Origin: a virus
Reading direction: 5' to 3' (one strand)
DNA length: 64,000 bases
IMG/VR virus record: IMGVR_UViG_3300041586_000126
Location: 23,193 to 87,192 of that record
Of the stretch, positions 49,531 to 60,361 are shown in pieces. Each line of letters begins with the position of its first letter. The first letter of the stretch is position 1. A program made the translations under genes and the position numbers. The notes under the pieces are model-generated. The model ran no database searches, was not told where the DNA came from, and saw only the letters and a program-made list of their open reading frames with translations.

Positions 49531-50697
49531 ATGGCAACAGCAGGGGGACCAGATATAATAACAGATGGGTTAGTATTCGGATATGATACTGGATATGGTA
49601 TTGCTAATAATAGCACTGCTGCAAGGTTTTATAAGGGCCAACCATCAACTAACAATACAATCACTGCGGGGTATACATGGTGGGGGGATGGGAGTAATCA
49701 ATCATTCGCTAATAAGGATCATGTAACCATTACAGATGATTCTCTTAAATATAACGGGTATGATACTCGGCTATGGACACCCGGGAGTAGCAATAATGTA
49801 TATTTGAATGGTTCGGGTGATATTAGTGCAAGTGATGTATCAACCGTATGGACGTTTTCATGTTATATAAAAAGAGATGATGGCGCTCCTATAACTTCTT
49901 TAAAGGTTTATATGTATTATCCGAATAGTGATGGTTCATCTTTAGGAACAATTGTTTCTATGGGTAATGGGTGGTATAGAGTATCTAGAACCAGAACGGG
50001 TTCTAGTAGTTATATAGGTTTAGTTGGGTTTACTGGGTTCCCATCTATTCATAAATACTATCTTAGTGGAGTCATGTTGACTAAAACAAATCAAACCTTA
50101 CCATATATACCTGTACAATCTTCTAGATCTAATACAGCCTCTCTAATTGATTTGAAAAAATCAACTAATATAGATTTATCTAATGTATCTTTTGATTCAA
50201 CAGGGCAGCCTATATTTGATGGAACTGATGATAAAATAGATTTGGGTAATTTAAGTGTTATTAGATTGGGTAGTAATTTTACTATAGAGGCCGTGGTTAG
50301 GCCCTCACAAGATAAGTGGATGTATTTTTTTGATAAAGGATATGGAATAAATAATTGTCTTACATTTGGTAGACACGCTAATGGTAATTGGTTTTTTACA
50401 ACCATGACAGGGGGTTCTTATAATTATATATACTTTGGGACTGCAGTGGTAAATGAATGGTGGCATTTAGTTGCGACTTATGATGGTAGTAGTGTGCGTG
50501 TTTATGAGAATGGTATACTTAAATCAACTTATGGGGCAACACATGATATGATGACTTCTAGTGACTCTCTTAAGATTGGAGGTAGTAGTAGATATTGGAA
50601 TGGTGATATACCAGTTATAAAAGTACACAGCAGGGTACTAACAGCAGAAGAAGTAAAACAAAATTTCAACGCATACAAGAATAGATTTACAATTTAA
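49531..50697 (+). CDS. LamG/ConA-like lectin-domain virion protein
   Basis: WWHLVATYDGSSVRVYENG; LTAEEVKQNFNAYKNRF. Confidence 0.85.
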   Translation: MATAGGPDIITDGLVFGYDTGYGIANNSTAARFYKGQPSTNNTITAGYTWWGDGSNQSFANKDHVTITDDSLKYNGYDTRLWTPGSSNNVYLNGSGDISASDVSTVWTFSCYIKRDDGAPITSLKVYMYYPNSDGSSLGTIVSMGNGWYRVSRTRTGSSSYIGLVGFTGFPSIHKYYLSGVMLTKTNQTLPYIPVQSSRSNTASLIDLKKSTNIDLSNVSFDSTGQPIFDGTDDKIDLGNLSVIRLGSNFTIEAVVRPSQDKWMYFFDKGYGINNCLTFGRHANGNWFFTTMTGGSYNYIYFGTAVVNEWWHLVATYDGSSVRVYENGILKSTYGATHDMMTSSDSLKIGGSSRYWNGDIPVIKVHSRVLTAEEVKQNFNAYKNRFTI

Positions 50698-50745
50698 CCA
50701 ATATTTATAAATGTACCTTTTGGACAATGAAAAAAGGAAGAAACT

Positions 50746-53700
50746 ATGACAAACTCATTTAAAGTAAAAAAAGGCCTCATCGTAGAAGGCTCAGGCTCTG
50801 TAATATTAGATGTACAGGGTTCACAAGGACAGCTATTCTCAGTAACAGACGACCTTACAGGAGACCTCTTTACTGTATCTGACATATCAGGAATACCTAT
50901 CCTAACCGTTAATGCTTCTGGAGATTCAACATTTGACGGAGACGTAATATTTAATGACGGTCTAAAAGATAAAGACGGTGACTTAGGAACTTCGGGTCAA
51001 GTCTTATCCTCAACAGGAACTCAACTAAACTGGGTAGCAGCAACATCCGGACCACAAGGTACAACAGGATCAACAGGATCACAAGGTACAACAGGCTCAA
51101 CTGGACTAACAGGTACTCAAGGAACAACAGGTTCAACCGGTGCAACAGGTACTCAAGGAACAACGGGTTCAACAGGAGCAACAGGTACTCAAGGTACTAC
51201 TGGAACTATAGGTGTACAAGGTACAACGGGAACAACAGGTACTCAAGGAACAACGGGTTCAACAGGAGCAACTGGTACTCAAGGTATAGCAGGTGCAACA
51301 GGTACTCAAGGAGCAACTGGTACTCAAGGAGCAACGGGTATACAAGGAACCCAAGGATCTTCGGGTGTCCAATCGGGTACTCTTAATTTTATACCTAAAT
51401 TTACATCACCAACCACTTTAGGAAATAGTTCTATTTTTGATAATGGTACTAATGTGGGTATAGGAACTACTTCTACCTTAGATAAATTTGAAATATTAGG
51501 AGATGGATTTAATTTAGGGGTTTATAGAAACCTAGATTTTAATGTATTCGGTGCAGCAGGTAGTAATATTTCTATTGGTCAATTAGTAGGTGGGGTAAAA
51601 ACTCCTGCTATTGATTTAGCTGGTTTATCCTCATCGACTGTGGATGGTCAATTTAGACTTAGAGTTAGATTTAATAATGTAATGACAGAATATTTGCGAA
51701 TCCTAGCAAATGGCAACGTAGGTATAAACCAAACCAACCCAACAGAAAGACTAGACGTAGTAGGTAACGGTAAGTTTAGCGGCAACTTATCCATAGGAAC
51801 AGCTATTGCAAACGAAAAATTACAAATATTTGAATCGGGACAATCTAGTTATAAAACATACTTAAACAAAGGCATTGGAGCCATTGTTACTTGTTATCAA
51901 TCAGAGGGTAATCCCTTTACAAAAACAACTGATTTAGCTGCTGGCTCAGATGGTACTGTTCCGTCAGAGATTAGATTTTTAACAAAGCCTAGCGGATCAT
52001 CAACAATTTTAGAACGAGCTCGTATAACACCTACAGGCAACGTCGGAATAAACCAATCAACCCCAACAGAAGTACTAGACGTAGTAGGGAACGGGAAGTT
52101 TAGCGGTACGGTTACAGCAGGCTCGGACATAAGCGCAAACGGTTTGACAGTAGGGCGTGGTGGTGGTAATATATCTACCAATACCGCTACTGGTCAAAGC
52201 GCTTTGGTTAATAACACCACAGGAGCTGTTAACACAGCAAATGGAGTAAGTGCTTTGTTCTCAAACACCACAGGAGCTTCTAACACAGCAAATGGAGCAT
52301 ATTCTTTGTTTGCAAACACAACAGGAGCTTATAACACAGCAAACGGAGCAAGTGCTTTGCGTTTAAACACAATAGGTTCTAGCAACACAGCAAATGGATA
52401 TTTTGCTTTGCTATCAAATACAACAGGAGCTGCTAACACAGCAAATGGGAGTCAAGCACTACGATTCAACACCACGGGAAATGATAACACTGCAAATGGT
52501 AGAAATGCTTTGTTATCAAACACCATAGGTTCTTCTAACACAGCAAATGGATTTAATGCTTTGTTTGCAAACACAACAGGACAGTTTAACACAGCAAATG
52601 GATCAAATGCTTTGCAAAATAATACCACAGGAGGTAATAACACTGCCAATGGATCAAATTCTTTGCAAAACAACACCACAGGAGGTGATAACACAGCAAA
52701 TGGTAGAAGTGCTTTGCAAAACAACACAACAGGAGGTAATAACACCTCAAATGGTAGAGATGCTTTGTTTTCAAACACAACAGGGGGTAGTAACACAGCA
52801 AATGGTAGAGATGCTTTGTTTTCAAACACAACAGGATTTAGCAACACAGCAAATGGATTAAGTGCTTTGCGAAATAACACAACTGGAAATGATAACACTT
52901 CAACCGGGCTTGGGGCCTTATTTACAAACACAACTGGTACTGATAATACTGCAAATGGTATATATGCTTTATATTCTAATACAGTAGGAGCTGCAAATGT
53001 CGCAGTTGGAAAAGGTTCTTTAAACTTTAATACATCAGGCAATTCTAATACGAGTATAGGAGTTAATTCTTTAAGAAATAATAATGGGGGGGGTGATAAT
53101 GTTGCTTTAGGTGTAAATGCGGGTAGAAGTGCTGTTCAATCAAATGCAAACCTAACTGTAACAAACACCTCTATTTTTATTGGTGCAAATACAAGAGCAG
53201 CAAATAATAGTGAAACAAACCAAATTGTAATAGGTAATAGTGCCGACGGTAGGGGGAGTAATAGTGTGGTGTTGGGTAATACCAGTATAACAAAAACTAC
53301 TTTAAGGGGTGATGTAGAAATTACAACATCTGGTACTGCTGGCTCACTTAAAATAAATGATAAATTCTCATTTAGTGGAGCGTCATTAGAGGCGGGTAGC
53401 GTAGTCCCATCTACCCTTAATTACACCCCAGCCGAAGGTATAAGTTCAATAACATCATTCCCAAACATAAAATCGGATTGGGAATCTAATTTTAAGTATA
53501 ACGGGCAAACTTTAACAGGTCTCACTCATGGAGAAACGATAGCAAGTGGAGAATTAGTATACCTAGCCACAGATGGAAAGTGGTATTTGGCTAAAGCTAC
53601 AAATGCTGCTGGTGAGCAATTACTAGGTATTTCCTTAAATGATACTACAACTGGTAATCCTTTTGCTGTATTATTAGATGGTATAATAATGACCATTAAT

Positions 53701-53886
53701 CACACAGACATGGGCTCAGCAGCACCAGGAAAACCTCTATATATTTCTCCTCAAGGGGGGCAAGTTACAGAGGATATCCCAACCGGTGAAGCAGAATACA
53801 TTAGGTTAATAGGACATAATATAATAGATACAGGTGATGGGGTAATCATTAGGTTTAAACCCGATAATGTATGGCTTCAATTATAA
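50746..53886 (+). CDS. Long tail fibre with collagen and 14-aa beta-roll (YadA/Hep-Hag-like) repeats
   Basis: GTQGTTG tract, GNVGI fibre motifs, about 20 copies of NTANGxxALxxNTTG. Confidence 0.85.
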   Translation: MTNSFKVKKGLIVEGSGSVILDVQGSQGQLFSVTDDLTGDLFTVSDISGIPILTVNASGDSTFDGDVIFNDGLKDKDGDLGTSGQVLSSTGTQLNWVAATSGPQGTTGSTGSQGTTGSTGLTGTQGTTGSTGATGTQGTTGSTGATGTQGTTGTIGVQGTTGTTGTQGTTGSTGATGTQGIAGATGTQGATGTQGATGIQGTQGSSGVQSGTLNFIPKFTSPTTLGNSSIFDNGTNVGIGTTSTLDKFEILGDGFNLGVYRNLDFNVFGAAGSNISIGQLVGGVKTPAIDLAGLSSSTVDGQFRLRVRFNNVMTEYLRILANGNVGINQTNPTERLDVVGNGKFSGNLSIGTAIANEKLQIFESGQSSYKTYLNKGIGAIVTCYQSEGNPFTKTTDLAAGSDGTVPSEIRFLTKPSGSSTILERARITPTGNVGINQSTPTEVLDVVGNGKFSGTVTAGSDISANGLTVGRGGGNISTNTATGQSALVNNTTGAVNTANGVSALFSNTTGASNTANGAYSLFANTTGAYNTANGASALRLNTIGSSNTANGYFALLSNTTGAANTANGSQALRFNTTGNDNTANGRNALLSNTIGSSNTANGFNALFANTTGQFNTANGSNALQNNTTGGNNTANGSNSLQNNTTGGDNTANGRSALQNNTTGGNNTSNGRDALFSNTTGGSNTANGRDALFSNTTGFSNTANGLSALRNNTTGNDNTSTGLGALFTNTTGTDNTANGIYALYSNTVGAANVAVGKGSLNFNTSGNSNTSIGVNSLRNNNGGGDNVALGVNAGRSAVQSNANLTVTNTSIFIGANTRAANNSETNQIVIGNSADGRGSNSVVLGNTSITKTTLRGDVEITTSGTAGSLKINDKFSFSGASLEAGSVVPSTLNYTPAEGISSITSFPNIKSDWESNFKYNGQTLTGLTHGETIASGELVYLATDGKWYLAKATNAAGEQLLGISLNDTTTGNPFAVLLDGIIMTINHTDMGSAAPGKPLYISPQGGQVTEDIPTGEAEYIRLIGHNIIDTGDGVIIRFKPDNVWLQL

Positions 53887-53930
53887 TAAAAACTAATAAA
53901 AACTAATAAAAACTAATAAAAACTAATAAA
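53884..53930 (+). repeat. 10-bp tandem repeat (AACTAATAAA)x4
   Basis: Exact copies at 53891-53930 plus a partial unit. Confidence 0.9.
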
Positions 53931-53934
53931 AATT

Positions 53935-54144
53935 ATGGAACATATAGAACTAACACCCGAAGAAGAAACACAAAGATCAATATTAGCGGCATTTGATTCT
54001 GTTAATCTTATCTATAATAATCTAGAAGATCAAGAAACTCTTAACAGAAATATAGAACATTTAAAAGTTATGATGGCTAAAGATTGGTTTGTTAATGGGT
54101 TAACCACGCAACAAGCATTGGACATTAATAATTGTATTATATAA
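53935..54144 (+). CDS. Small protein (possible fibre chaperone)
   Basis: Follows a fibre gene. Confidence 0.6.
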   Translation: MEHIELTPEEETQRSILAAFDSVNLIYNNLEDQETLNRNIEHLKVMMAKDWFVNGLTTQQALDINNCII

Positions 54145-54162
54145 TATTTAAAATATAAAATT

Positions 54163-55725
54163 ATGGCAATAAAGTGGGCGGGTATCACCCTAACTTCAGT
54201 AAGATTGGGAATTGAGAGTAGATTACAAAAGGCAGATACTATATATACTAAATTAACAACTATATCCGAAGGAAGCAACGAACATAAAATAGTAGTGTTA
54301 GACAATTCTGGAAATCTTAAATTTAGAACTAATCTATCATTAACCGGAGCAACAGGTTCCCCAGGAGCTCAAGGTATAACAGGAACTCAAGGTACTCAAG
54401 GTCCAACAGGAGCAACTGGTACAACAGAATTATTAGGCACTCAATACGTATTTGTACAAGCAAATGGGACAGACATTGAGAATGCAATAGAATTGCAAGC
54501 AGCTTATGATTTAGCAATTACAAAAATTCAAACTACGCAAGCTCTTTCTGCACCTTATGATTATGTAAACCAATCCACACCAACTACACTTGAGATTTAT
54601 GATTTTTATGGAACTTTACCTGTTTTAATTCAAGGACAATCATATACTTTTAATGTTGAAGGGGTTGATATGATAGGAGAAGTCGTTATGGGAATGGATG
54701 GTTTTGAATATACAGTTGAATTTCCGACAGCGTTTACATATAATGAAGGCGATGTTCGTGTCTACTTTTCTGAAACTACAAAATCAATCGTAATCGCAGC
54801 ACCTGGAAATTACAATTTTGAAAATGGAAATTTTATCATGGATACCGAATATGTTGATTTAGTTTCATTAGACAGCAATAGAAGCATTGTTTTTAATGGA
54901 GCAAACACCATACAAATTACAGCAAACAATGTTTTTGTAAAAGGTGTTGACGTTCAAGACAAAGAATTTAAAATTGGAAATGATTTATCAAAACTTAACG
55001 CAGAAAGTTGTACGGGTGGTAATGATTCATTCGGAAAAGGTTTAATTGTATCAGGTATATTTACTGATTGTATAGGGGGTGAATATTCTTTTGGTGGAGG
55101 GATCAGTGGTATAGCATCAGGTACGTTCATTAATTGCACGGGAGGTGGTTATTCGTTTGGTAATATGGCATCGGGTACATTTACTAATTGCACGGGAGGT
55201 GGTTATTCGTTTGGTAATATAGCATTGGGTACATTTACTAATTGCGAAGGAGGAATTTTTTCGTTTGGTAGCTTTGGTGTAGCATCGGGTACATTTACTA
55301 ATTGCACGGGAGGTGGTTATTCGTTTGGTGGCTTTGGTGTAGCATCAGGGCTTTTTTATAGCTGTGTAGCAAATGAGGGGTTTGCTGGTGGTGGTGCTGG
55401 CACAGCATCAGGTACATTTACTGATTGCAAAGGATATTCTAATGGTTTTGGCGGTAATGCTGGCACAGCATCAGGTACATTTACTAATTGTCTAGGAAAT
55501 TTCCGTTCATTTGGCGGTAATGCTGGCACAGCATCAGGTACATTTACTAATTGTACATCAGGCCCCCATTCTTTTGGTGCACCAAACGCAACCACGGGGG
55601 CTCAAGGTGTATTGTCAGGTAAGCTTTACTATTGTCGTTTGACTTCAGGAACATTTACAACTAAATCAGGTGCAGGACGCGTTGTTCTTTGCATAGACGG
55701 AAACAATAATCAAAATAATCAATAA
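54163..55725 (+). CDS. Tail fibre with short collagen tract and beta-helix repeats
   Basis: ASGTFTNCTGGGYSFG repeats. Confidence 0.8.
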   Translation: MAIKWAGITLTSVRLGIESRLQKADTIYTKLTTISEGSNEHKIVVLDNSGNLKFRTNLSLTGATGSPGAQGITGTQGTQGPTGATGTTELLGTQYVFVQANGTDIENAIELQAAYDLAITKIQTTQALSAPYDYVNQSTPTTLEIYDFYGTLPVLIQGQSYTFNVEGVDMIGEVVMGMDGFEYTVEFPTAFTYNEGDVRVYFSETTKSIVIAAPGNYNFENGNFIMDTEYVDLVSLDSNRSIVFNGANTIQITANNVFVKGVDVQDKEFKIGNDLSKLNAESCTGGNDSFGKGLIVSGIFTDCIGGEYSFGGGISGIASGTFINCTGGGYSFGNMASGTFTNCTGGGYSFGNIALGTFTNCEGGIFSFGSFGVASGTFTNCTGGGYSFGGFGVASGLFYSCVANEGFAGGGAGTASGTFTDCKGYSNGFGGNAGTASGTFTNCLGNFRSFGGNAGTASGTFTNCTSGPHSFGAPNATTGAQGVLSGKLYYCRLTSGTFTTKSGAGRVVLCIDGNNNQNNQ

Positions 55726-55730
55726 AAAAT

Positions 55731-56081
55731 ATGAAAAATTTTCAATCAACAATAGAAGGAGTTTGGATAGAGCAAATTGCGATTCAACTAACAGAAGCAG
55801 AAAAACAATTAATGGTTTCTCAAAAAGAAGGTGATGCTGTGAAAAAAGAAGCTTTGTTAAAAAGGCTTAAAAAAGAAAAAGAGAAACCAATAACATCAGA
55901 GAAGTCAGAGGCCCTAACATCTTTTTACAACGTTATCAAACCAAACCTTAAAGAAGCAGATTTGTACGAGCTAATTGCTTGTAATTTTTTAGAAGATGAC
56001 ACAATGACGTTTAGCGGTATATTAAATTACAGATTAAACGACAATCACAAGCAGCTACGTTTCAACATCACAGGTAATTAA
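55731..56081 (+). CDS. Hypothetical protein (possible fibre chaperone)
   Basis: Follows a fibre gene. Confidence 0.6.
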   Translation: MKNFQSTIEGVWIEQIAIQLTEAEKQLMVSQKEGDAVKKEALLKRLKKEKEKPITSEKSEALTSFYNVIKPNLKEADLYELIACNFLEDDTMTFSGILNYRLNDNHKQLRFNITGN

Positions 56082-56384
56082 TCACACAGTAAAACTAAAC
56101 AACTATGGCATTTGGTAAACCTTATACAGAAGATCAGAGAACTGGACACTACATTTTAGCAAGAGTAAAGAAGGAGAAGAGGTATTTTAAAAAAACATGC
56201 TATACATCATTAATTTACCGTTAAATATGTTATATAACTTATTTACTCTTTGTTAATAATGAAGTATGTATTTTTAGTATTATGTAAGTTATAACATTAA
56301 ATTTCCCAAAAACCCACTTAAAACATTTGGTTTTTCTAAAAACTTTTAGTATATTATATATTGGAAACAAATCTATAAGTTTTA

Positions 56385-57419
56385 ATGATAAATAATTTAG
56401 CCAAAATAGTTTTAGATAATGGTGGAATAATATCTCCACTCATAATACCTAGTGAATTAACTGGGGGGACTGGCTTGTGTAATGTATCCGTGTTTATAGA
56501 CGATAATGGAGATATATTAGCCAATATAAGACATGTTCATTACGTATTATATCACTCGGAATTTAGCCAAAACTTTTACTGTAAATGGGGGGTATTATCA
56601 TACTTAAATCCCGAAGATGATGTTCACTTAATAACTGGAAATTATTTATGTAAACTAAATAATGACACATTAGAAGTAGAAAGTTATCAAAAAGTAGATA
56701 CATCTAAAAACGATATTCCTCCCATATGGGACTTTCATGGTTTAGAAGATGCCAGAGTAATGAGATGGGCTGGTAAATTCTATATGTGTGGGGTAAGAAG
56801 AGATGTAAAGCCTAATGGTGAAGGTAGAATGGAACTTTGTGAGGTTGATTGGTATAAAAATAGTGCAATCGAATTAACTAGGGATAGGATTGAACCTCCT
56901 ACTAAAGATACTTATTTAGAAAAAAATTGGATGCCCATTACAGATTTGCCTTTTCATTTTGTTAGATGGCCAAACCCACTTGAGATAGTTAAAGTAAATT
57001 TAGAAGATAAAACCACCGAAGTGGTTACAAATGGGATTTTAAATAAGTTATCTAGTGCAACCATAGTTAATAAAGAAGAAAAATTTGAGTGTCCTTTAGG
57101 TATTAGAGGAAGTTCACAAGTAATACCTCTAGGTAATGAAGGTGATAGAATTTGCATAACACATGAGGTAGACTTTTATTTCCACCCTGGAGGACATAAA
57201 GATGCTCATTATTACCATAGATTTTTAGTTTGGGATAAGAATTGGAATTTAAAATCTATTTCTAAACAATTTAAGTTTATGGATTCTATGATAGAATTTA
57301 ATACGGGGTTAGCTATTAAAGATAATCACTTTATAATAACATATGGCTTTCAGGATAATGCGGCTTATGTTTTGAAAATGCCTGTGAGTTTATTAGATAA
57401 ATTAGAATGGGAGGAATGA
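56385..57419 (+). CDS. Beta-propeller glycosidase-like protein (GH130/GH43-like)
   Basis: GLEDARV, EKNWMP, RGSSQ, IEFNTG, ITYGFQD; promoter TTGG(56327)-N19-TATATTAT. Confidence 0.7.
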   Translation: MINNLAKIVLDNGGIISPLIIPSELTGGTGLCNVSVFIDDNGDILANIRHVHYVLYHSEFSQNFYCKWGVLSYLNPEDDVHLITGNYLCKLNNDTLEVESYQKVDTSKNDIPPIWDFHGLEDARVMRWAGKFYMCGVRRDVKPNGEGRMELCEVDWYKNSAIELTRDRIEPPTKDTYLEKNWMPITDLPFHFVRWPNPLEIVKVNLEDKTTEVVTNGILNKLSSATIVNKEEKFECPLGIRGSSQVIPLGNEGDRICITHEVDFYFHPGGHKDAHYYHRFLVWDKNWNLKSISKQFKFMDSMIEFNTGLAIKDNHFIITYGFQDNAAYVLKMPVSLLDKLEWEE

Positions 57420-57979
57420 AAGAACTAAAAAAACAATTACATAGTTATATTCAAAACCCACAAGATGCATATGTTAATGCTAGTTTAGGAGAAGAATATG
57501 AAAAGATAGGTCAGGGGGCAACGGCTCATTCTTATTTCTTAAGAGCAGCTGAGTTATTATATGATAGTAACCCTAAAATGGCTTATACGTGTTTTTTAAA
57601 AACATGGAAACAAATAAATACTATTACAAGAAGACCTGAATTCGAAAAGGGACAACTTCAAGCTGCTATCATCTATTCCCCACATAGACCTGAAGCTTAT
57701 TATCACCTAAGTATATGGTATAGTAACAGGAAAGAATGGATGACATCGTATATGTATGCCTGTTTAGGTAAAACTAAAATACCTAATAGTTCACCTCTAC
57801 CTTATGATGTGGGATATCCCGGGGATTTTGTATTTGACTTCCAACTTGCCTTCACTGGTTGGTATATAGGTAAAAGAGAACAATCTAAATTTATATTTTT
57901 AGAGTTAGGAAAATTAGATAGTATACCACAAAATTTTAAAGAGATAATTGCTGAAAATATAAGAGATATGGGTTTGTAA
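57407..57979 (+). CDS. TPR-repeat protein
   Basis: SPHRPEAYYHLS TPR-like motif. Confidence 0.7.
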   Translation: MGGMKELKKQLHSYIQNPQDAYVNASLGEEYEKIGQGATAHSYFLRAAELLYDSNPKMAYTCFLKTWKQINTITRRPEFEKGQLQAAIIYSPHRPEAYYHLSIWYSNRKEWMTSYMYACLGKTKIPNSSPLPYDVGYPGDFVFDFQLAFTGWYIGKREQSKFIFLELGKLDSIPQNFKEIIAENIRDMGL

Positions 57980-58020
57980 TAGATTGTTAATATGTATTAT
58001 CACATTTAAAATATAAAGTT

Positions 58021-58494
58021 ATGAATTGGATATACAAAAACAAAGAATTTACTACCCTTAATGATGGAGATTTTGGGTTTGTATACAAGATAACTCACAC
58101 ACCTACAGGCAAAATATATATTGGTAGAAAAAACTTTTTTACTCAACGCAATAAAAGATTGGGTAAGAAAGAACTAGAAATATTAAAAGAAGAAAGAAAA
58201 TCTCTAAAAACAAGAGGAAAACTACCTTCTAAAAAACTAGTAATTGAGGAATCAGATTGGAAAACCTACTGTGGGTCTAATAAAATACTTATTAAATTTA
58301 TAAAAGAAGAAGGCAAACACAATTTCACAAAAGAAATACTTGAGTTTGCTTTTAATAAAAAACACCTAACCTATTTGGAAACAAAATATCTTTTTAAATT
58401 AGAGGTCTTAGAGACACCAAATTCATATTGGAATGATAACATAGCGGGTCGTATGTTTACTAGTGATTTTATTGGTATATATCATACTTTTTAA
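58021..58494 (+). CDS. GIY-YIG (Seg-like) nuclease-domain protein
   Basis: GFVYKIT...KIYIGRK...YCGS...LE...WNDNI. Confidence 0.8.
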   Translation: MNWIYKNKEFTTLNDGDFGFVYKITHTPTGKIYIGRKNFFTQRNKRLGKKELEILKEERKSLKTRGKLPSKKLVIEESDWKTYCGSNKILIKFIKEEGKHNFTKEILEFAFNKKHLTYLETKYLFKLEVLETPNSYWNDNIAGRMFTSDFIGIYHTF

Positions 58495-58566
58495 GCAACA
58501 TGTTAGATATAACTAGGCTAAGCCAAAAAGGAGTTATATATTATCATAAACAACAACACTTAAAGC

Positions 58567-59502
58567 ATGATTAACCATTTATTAGTCACATTAGTTAATT
58601 CAATATTGGGTACTGGTAAAAAGACTGCTAGGGGTAATATGGCTTATAATTGTCCTTATTGCAGTCACCATAAGCCCAAACTAGAAATTAACTTTTCTGA
58701 AAATACCGATGGAAATAATCCTTGGCATTGTTGGGTATGTGGAAAAAAAGGCAAATCAATTAGCTTGTTATTTAGACAAGCGGGAGCATCACAAGATAAA
58801 ATTAATGAAGCTAAAACACTAAGTAAAGAAGTAAACTACATAAACTACCATGAAAAGGTAGATCCCCTACACGTTATTATGCCTGAGGAATATATTAGTT
58901 TACACAATGTTGATCTTAATGATATCATGGCACGACATGCTCTTTCATATTTAAATAATAGAAATGTAGATAAGTATGATATACTTAAGTATAATATAGG
59001 TTATTGTAAAACAGGGTTTTATAAAAACATGATAATAATTCCTACCTATGATGTAGATGGTAAATTAAATTACTTTATTGCTCGCTCATTTGAAAAAGAC
59101 CCATACGTTAACTACAGAAACCCTCAGGTGTCAAGGGATATTATACCTAATGAACATATGATTAATTGGAATGTACCTATTATATTGTGTGAAGGGTTAT
59201 TTGATGCCCTAGCCATAAAAAGAAATGTAATTCCCTTATTAGGGAAAAACATACAGAATAACTTAATGAAAAAAATAGTAACATCAGTAGTAGATAAAAT
59301 TTACATAGCATTAGATAAAGACGCAATAAAACAAGCCTTAAAATTCTGTGAAAAATTAATGGCAGAAGGTAAAGAAGTTTATCTTGTAGACATGCAAGAT
59401 AAGGACCCAAGCGATTTAGGCTTTAAGGGTTTTACAAAATTAATTCAAAAAACCCTTCCATTAACTTACTATGATTTAATGGAACAAAAACTATCAATAT
59501 GA
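58567..59502 (+). CDS. DNA primase (zinc finger plus TOPRIM)
   Basis: CPYC...HCWVC, CEGLFDA, LDKDA, KDPSD; promoter TAGG(58514)-N19-TATATTAT. Confidence 0.9.
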   Translation: MINHLLVTLVNSILGTGKKTARGNMAYNCPYCSHHKPKLEINFSENTDGNNPWHCWVCGKKGKSISLLFRQAGASQDKINEAKTLSKEVNYINYHEKVDPLHVIMPEEYISLHNVDLNDIMARHALSYLNNRNVDKYDILKYNIGYCKTGFYKNMIIIPTYDVDGKLNYFIARSFEKDPYVNYRNPQVSRDIIPNEHMINWNVPIILCEGLFDALAIKRNVIPLLGKNIQNNLMKKIVTSVVDKIYIALDKDAIKQALKFCEKLMAEGKEVYLVDMQDKDPSDLGFKGFTKLIQKTLPLTYYDLMEQKLSI

Positions 59503-60278
59503 TAAAAAAATCGTACAAAAGATTACTAGAAATATCAAGTGATTACCAACAAGTTACAATGCCTGATTCTAGATATTATAGACGTAACAGTAAATATTAT
59601 CCTTCTGTAACCCATGTTTTAAGTTTTTACCCTAAAGGTAAGTATTTTGAAGATTGGCTTAAAAAAGTAGGATATAGTGCTGAGTGGATTGTTAAAAAAG
59701 CAGCTGAAGAAGGTACCCTAGTTCATGAAATGATTGAAGAGTGGCTGAGTGGTAAAGAAATTTCATTTTTAAAAGAAAATGGTAACCCTAAGATGCCTGC
59801 TCATGTTTGGCAAATGTTTCTTAGATTTGTTGACTTTTGGGAAACCTATAACCCAACCCTAATAGAGGCGGAAGTCCACCTATTCTCAGACATCCTCCAA
59901 ATAGCAGGAACATGTGACTTAGTATGTGAGTTGGAATTTAATGGTAAAACCGAACGTTGGATTATTGACTTTAAAACATCAAACCACTTACAAACAACAT
60001 ACGATTTACAAGGAGCGGTATATGCTCAGTGTTACGAAGAATGTTTTGGTAAGAAAATTGATCGTGTAGGGATTTTATGGTTAAAGTCTAAATCTAGAGG
60101 TGAAGATAAATCAGGAAAACGTTTAAAGGGTAAAAATTGGGAGGTATATGAATCACCTCGCACTCAAAAAGAAAATTTAGATATATTTAACCATGTTAAG
60201 GCCTTATTTCATTTAGAAAACCCAAAATTAACACCTTATACTTCAACATTTCAAACTACCTCTAAAAGAAAAGCATAA
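59499..60278 (+). CDS. PD-(D/E)XK exonuclease (RecB/Cas4-like)
   Basis: YPSVT, GTLVH, AGTCD, IIDFKTS, QGAVY. Confidence 0.85.
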   Translation: MIKKSYKRLLEISSDYQQVTMPDSRYYRRNSKYYPSVTHVLSFYPKGKYFEDWLKKVGYSAEWIVKKAAEEGTLVHEMIEEWLSGKEISFLKENGNPKMPAHVWQMFLRFVDFWETYNPTLIEAEVHLFSDILQIAGTCDLVCELEFNGKTERWIIDFKTSNHLQTTYDLQGAVYAQCYEECFGKKIDRVGILWLKSKSRGEDKSGKRLKGKNWEVYESPRTQKENLDIFNHVKALFHLENPKLTPYTSTFQTTSKRKA

Positions 60279-60304
60279 TTAATAAAAGATTTATACGTAC
60301 AAAG

Positions 60305-60361
60305 TAGGCTGCCGCAGGCAGCCTTCGTATATTTACACATAATAAAAAAATAAAGGTTATG
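60305..60361 (+). promoter_or_regulatory. Early promoter/leader, direct repeat copy 1
   Basis: 55 bp (60307-60361) with one mismatch to 60981-61035. Confidence 0.85.

Noticed and set aside
52180-53060. CRISPR array or DGR target in the 42-bp repeats
   Set aside because: These are in-frame coding repeats of a fibre, with no unique spacers. Variation is not restricted to adenines, and there is no reverse transcriptase or cas gene in the window.
56105-56224. 39-aa ORF after the fibre module
   Set aside because: Short, with no motif; could be a gene remnant or chance.
59499-60278. Cas4 as part of a CRISPR system
   Set aside because: It sits next to the primase in a replication module, and there is no array or other cas gene.
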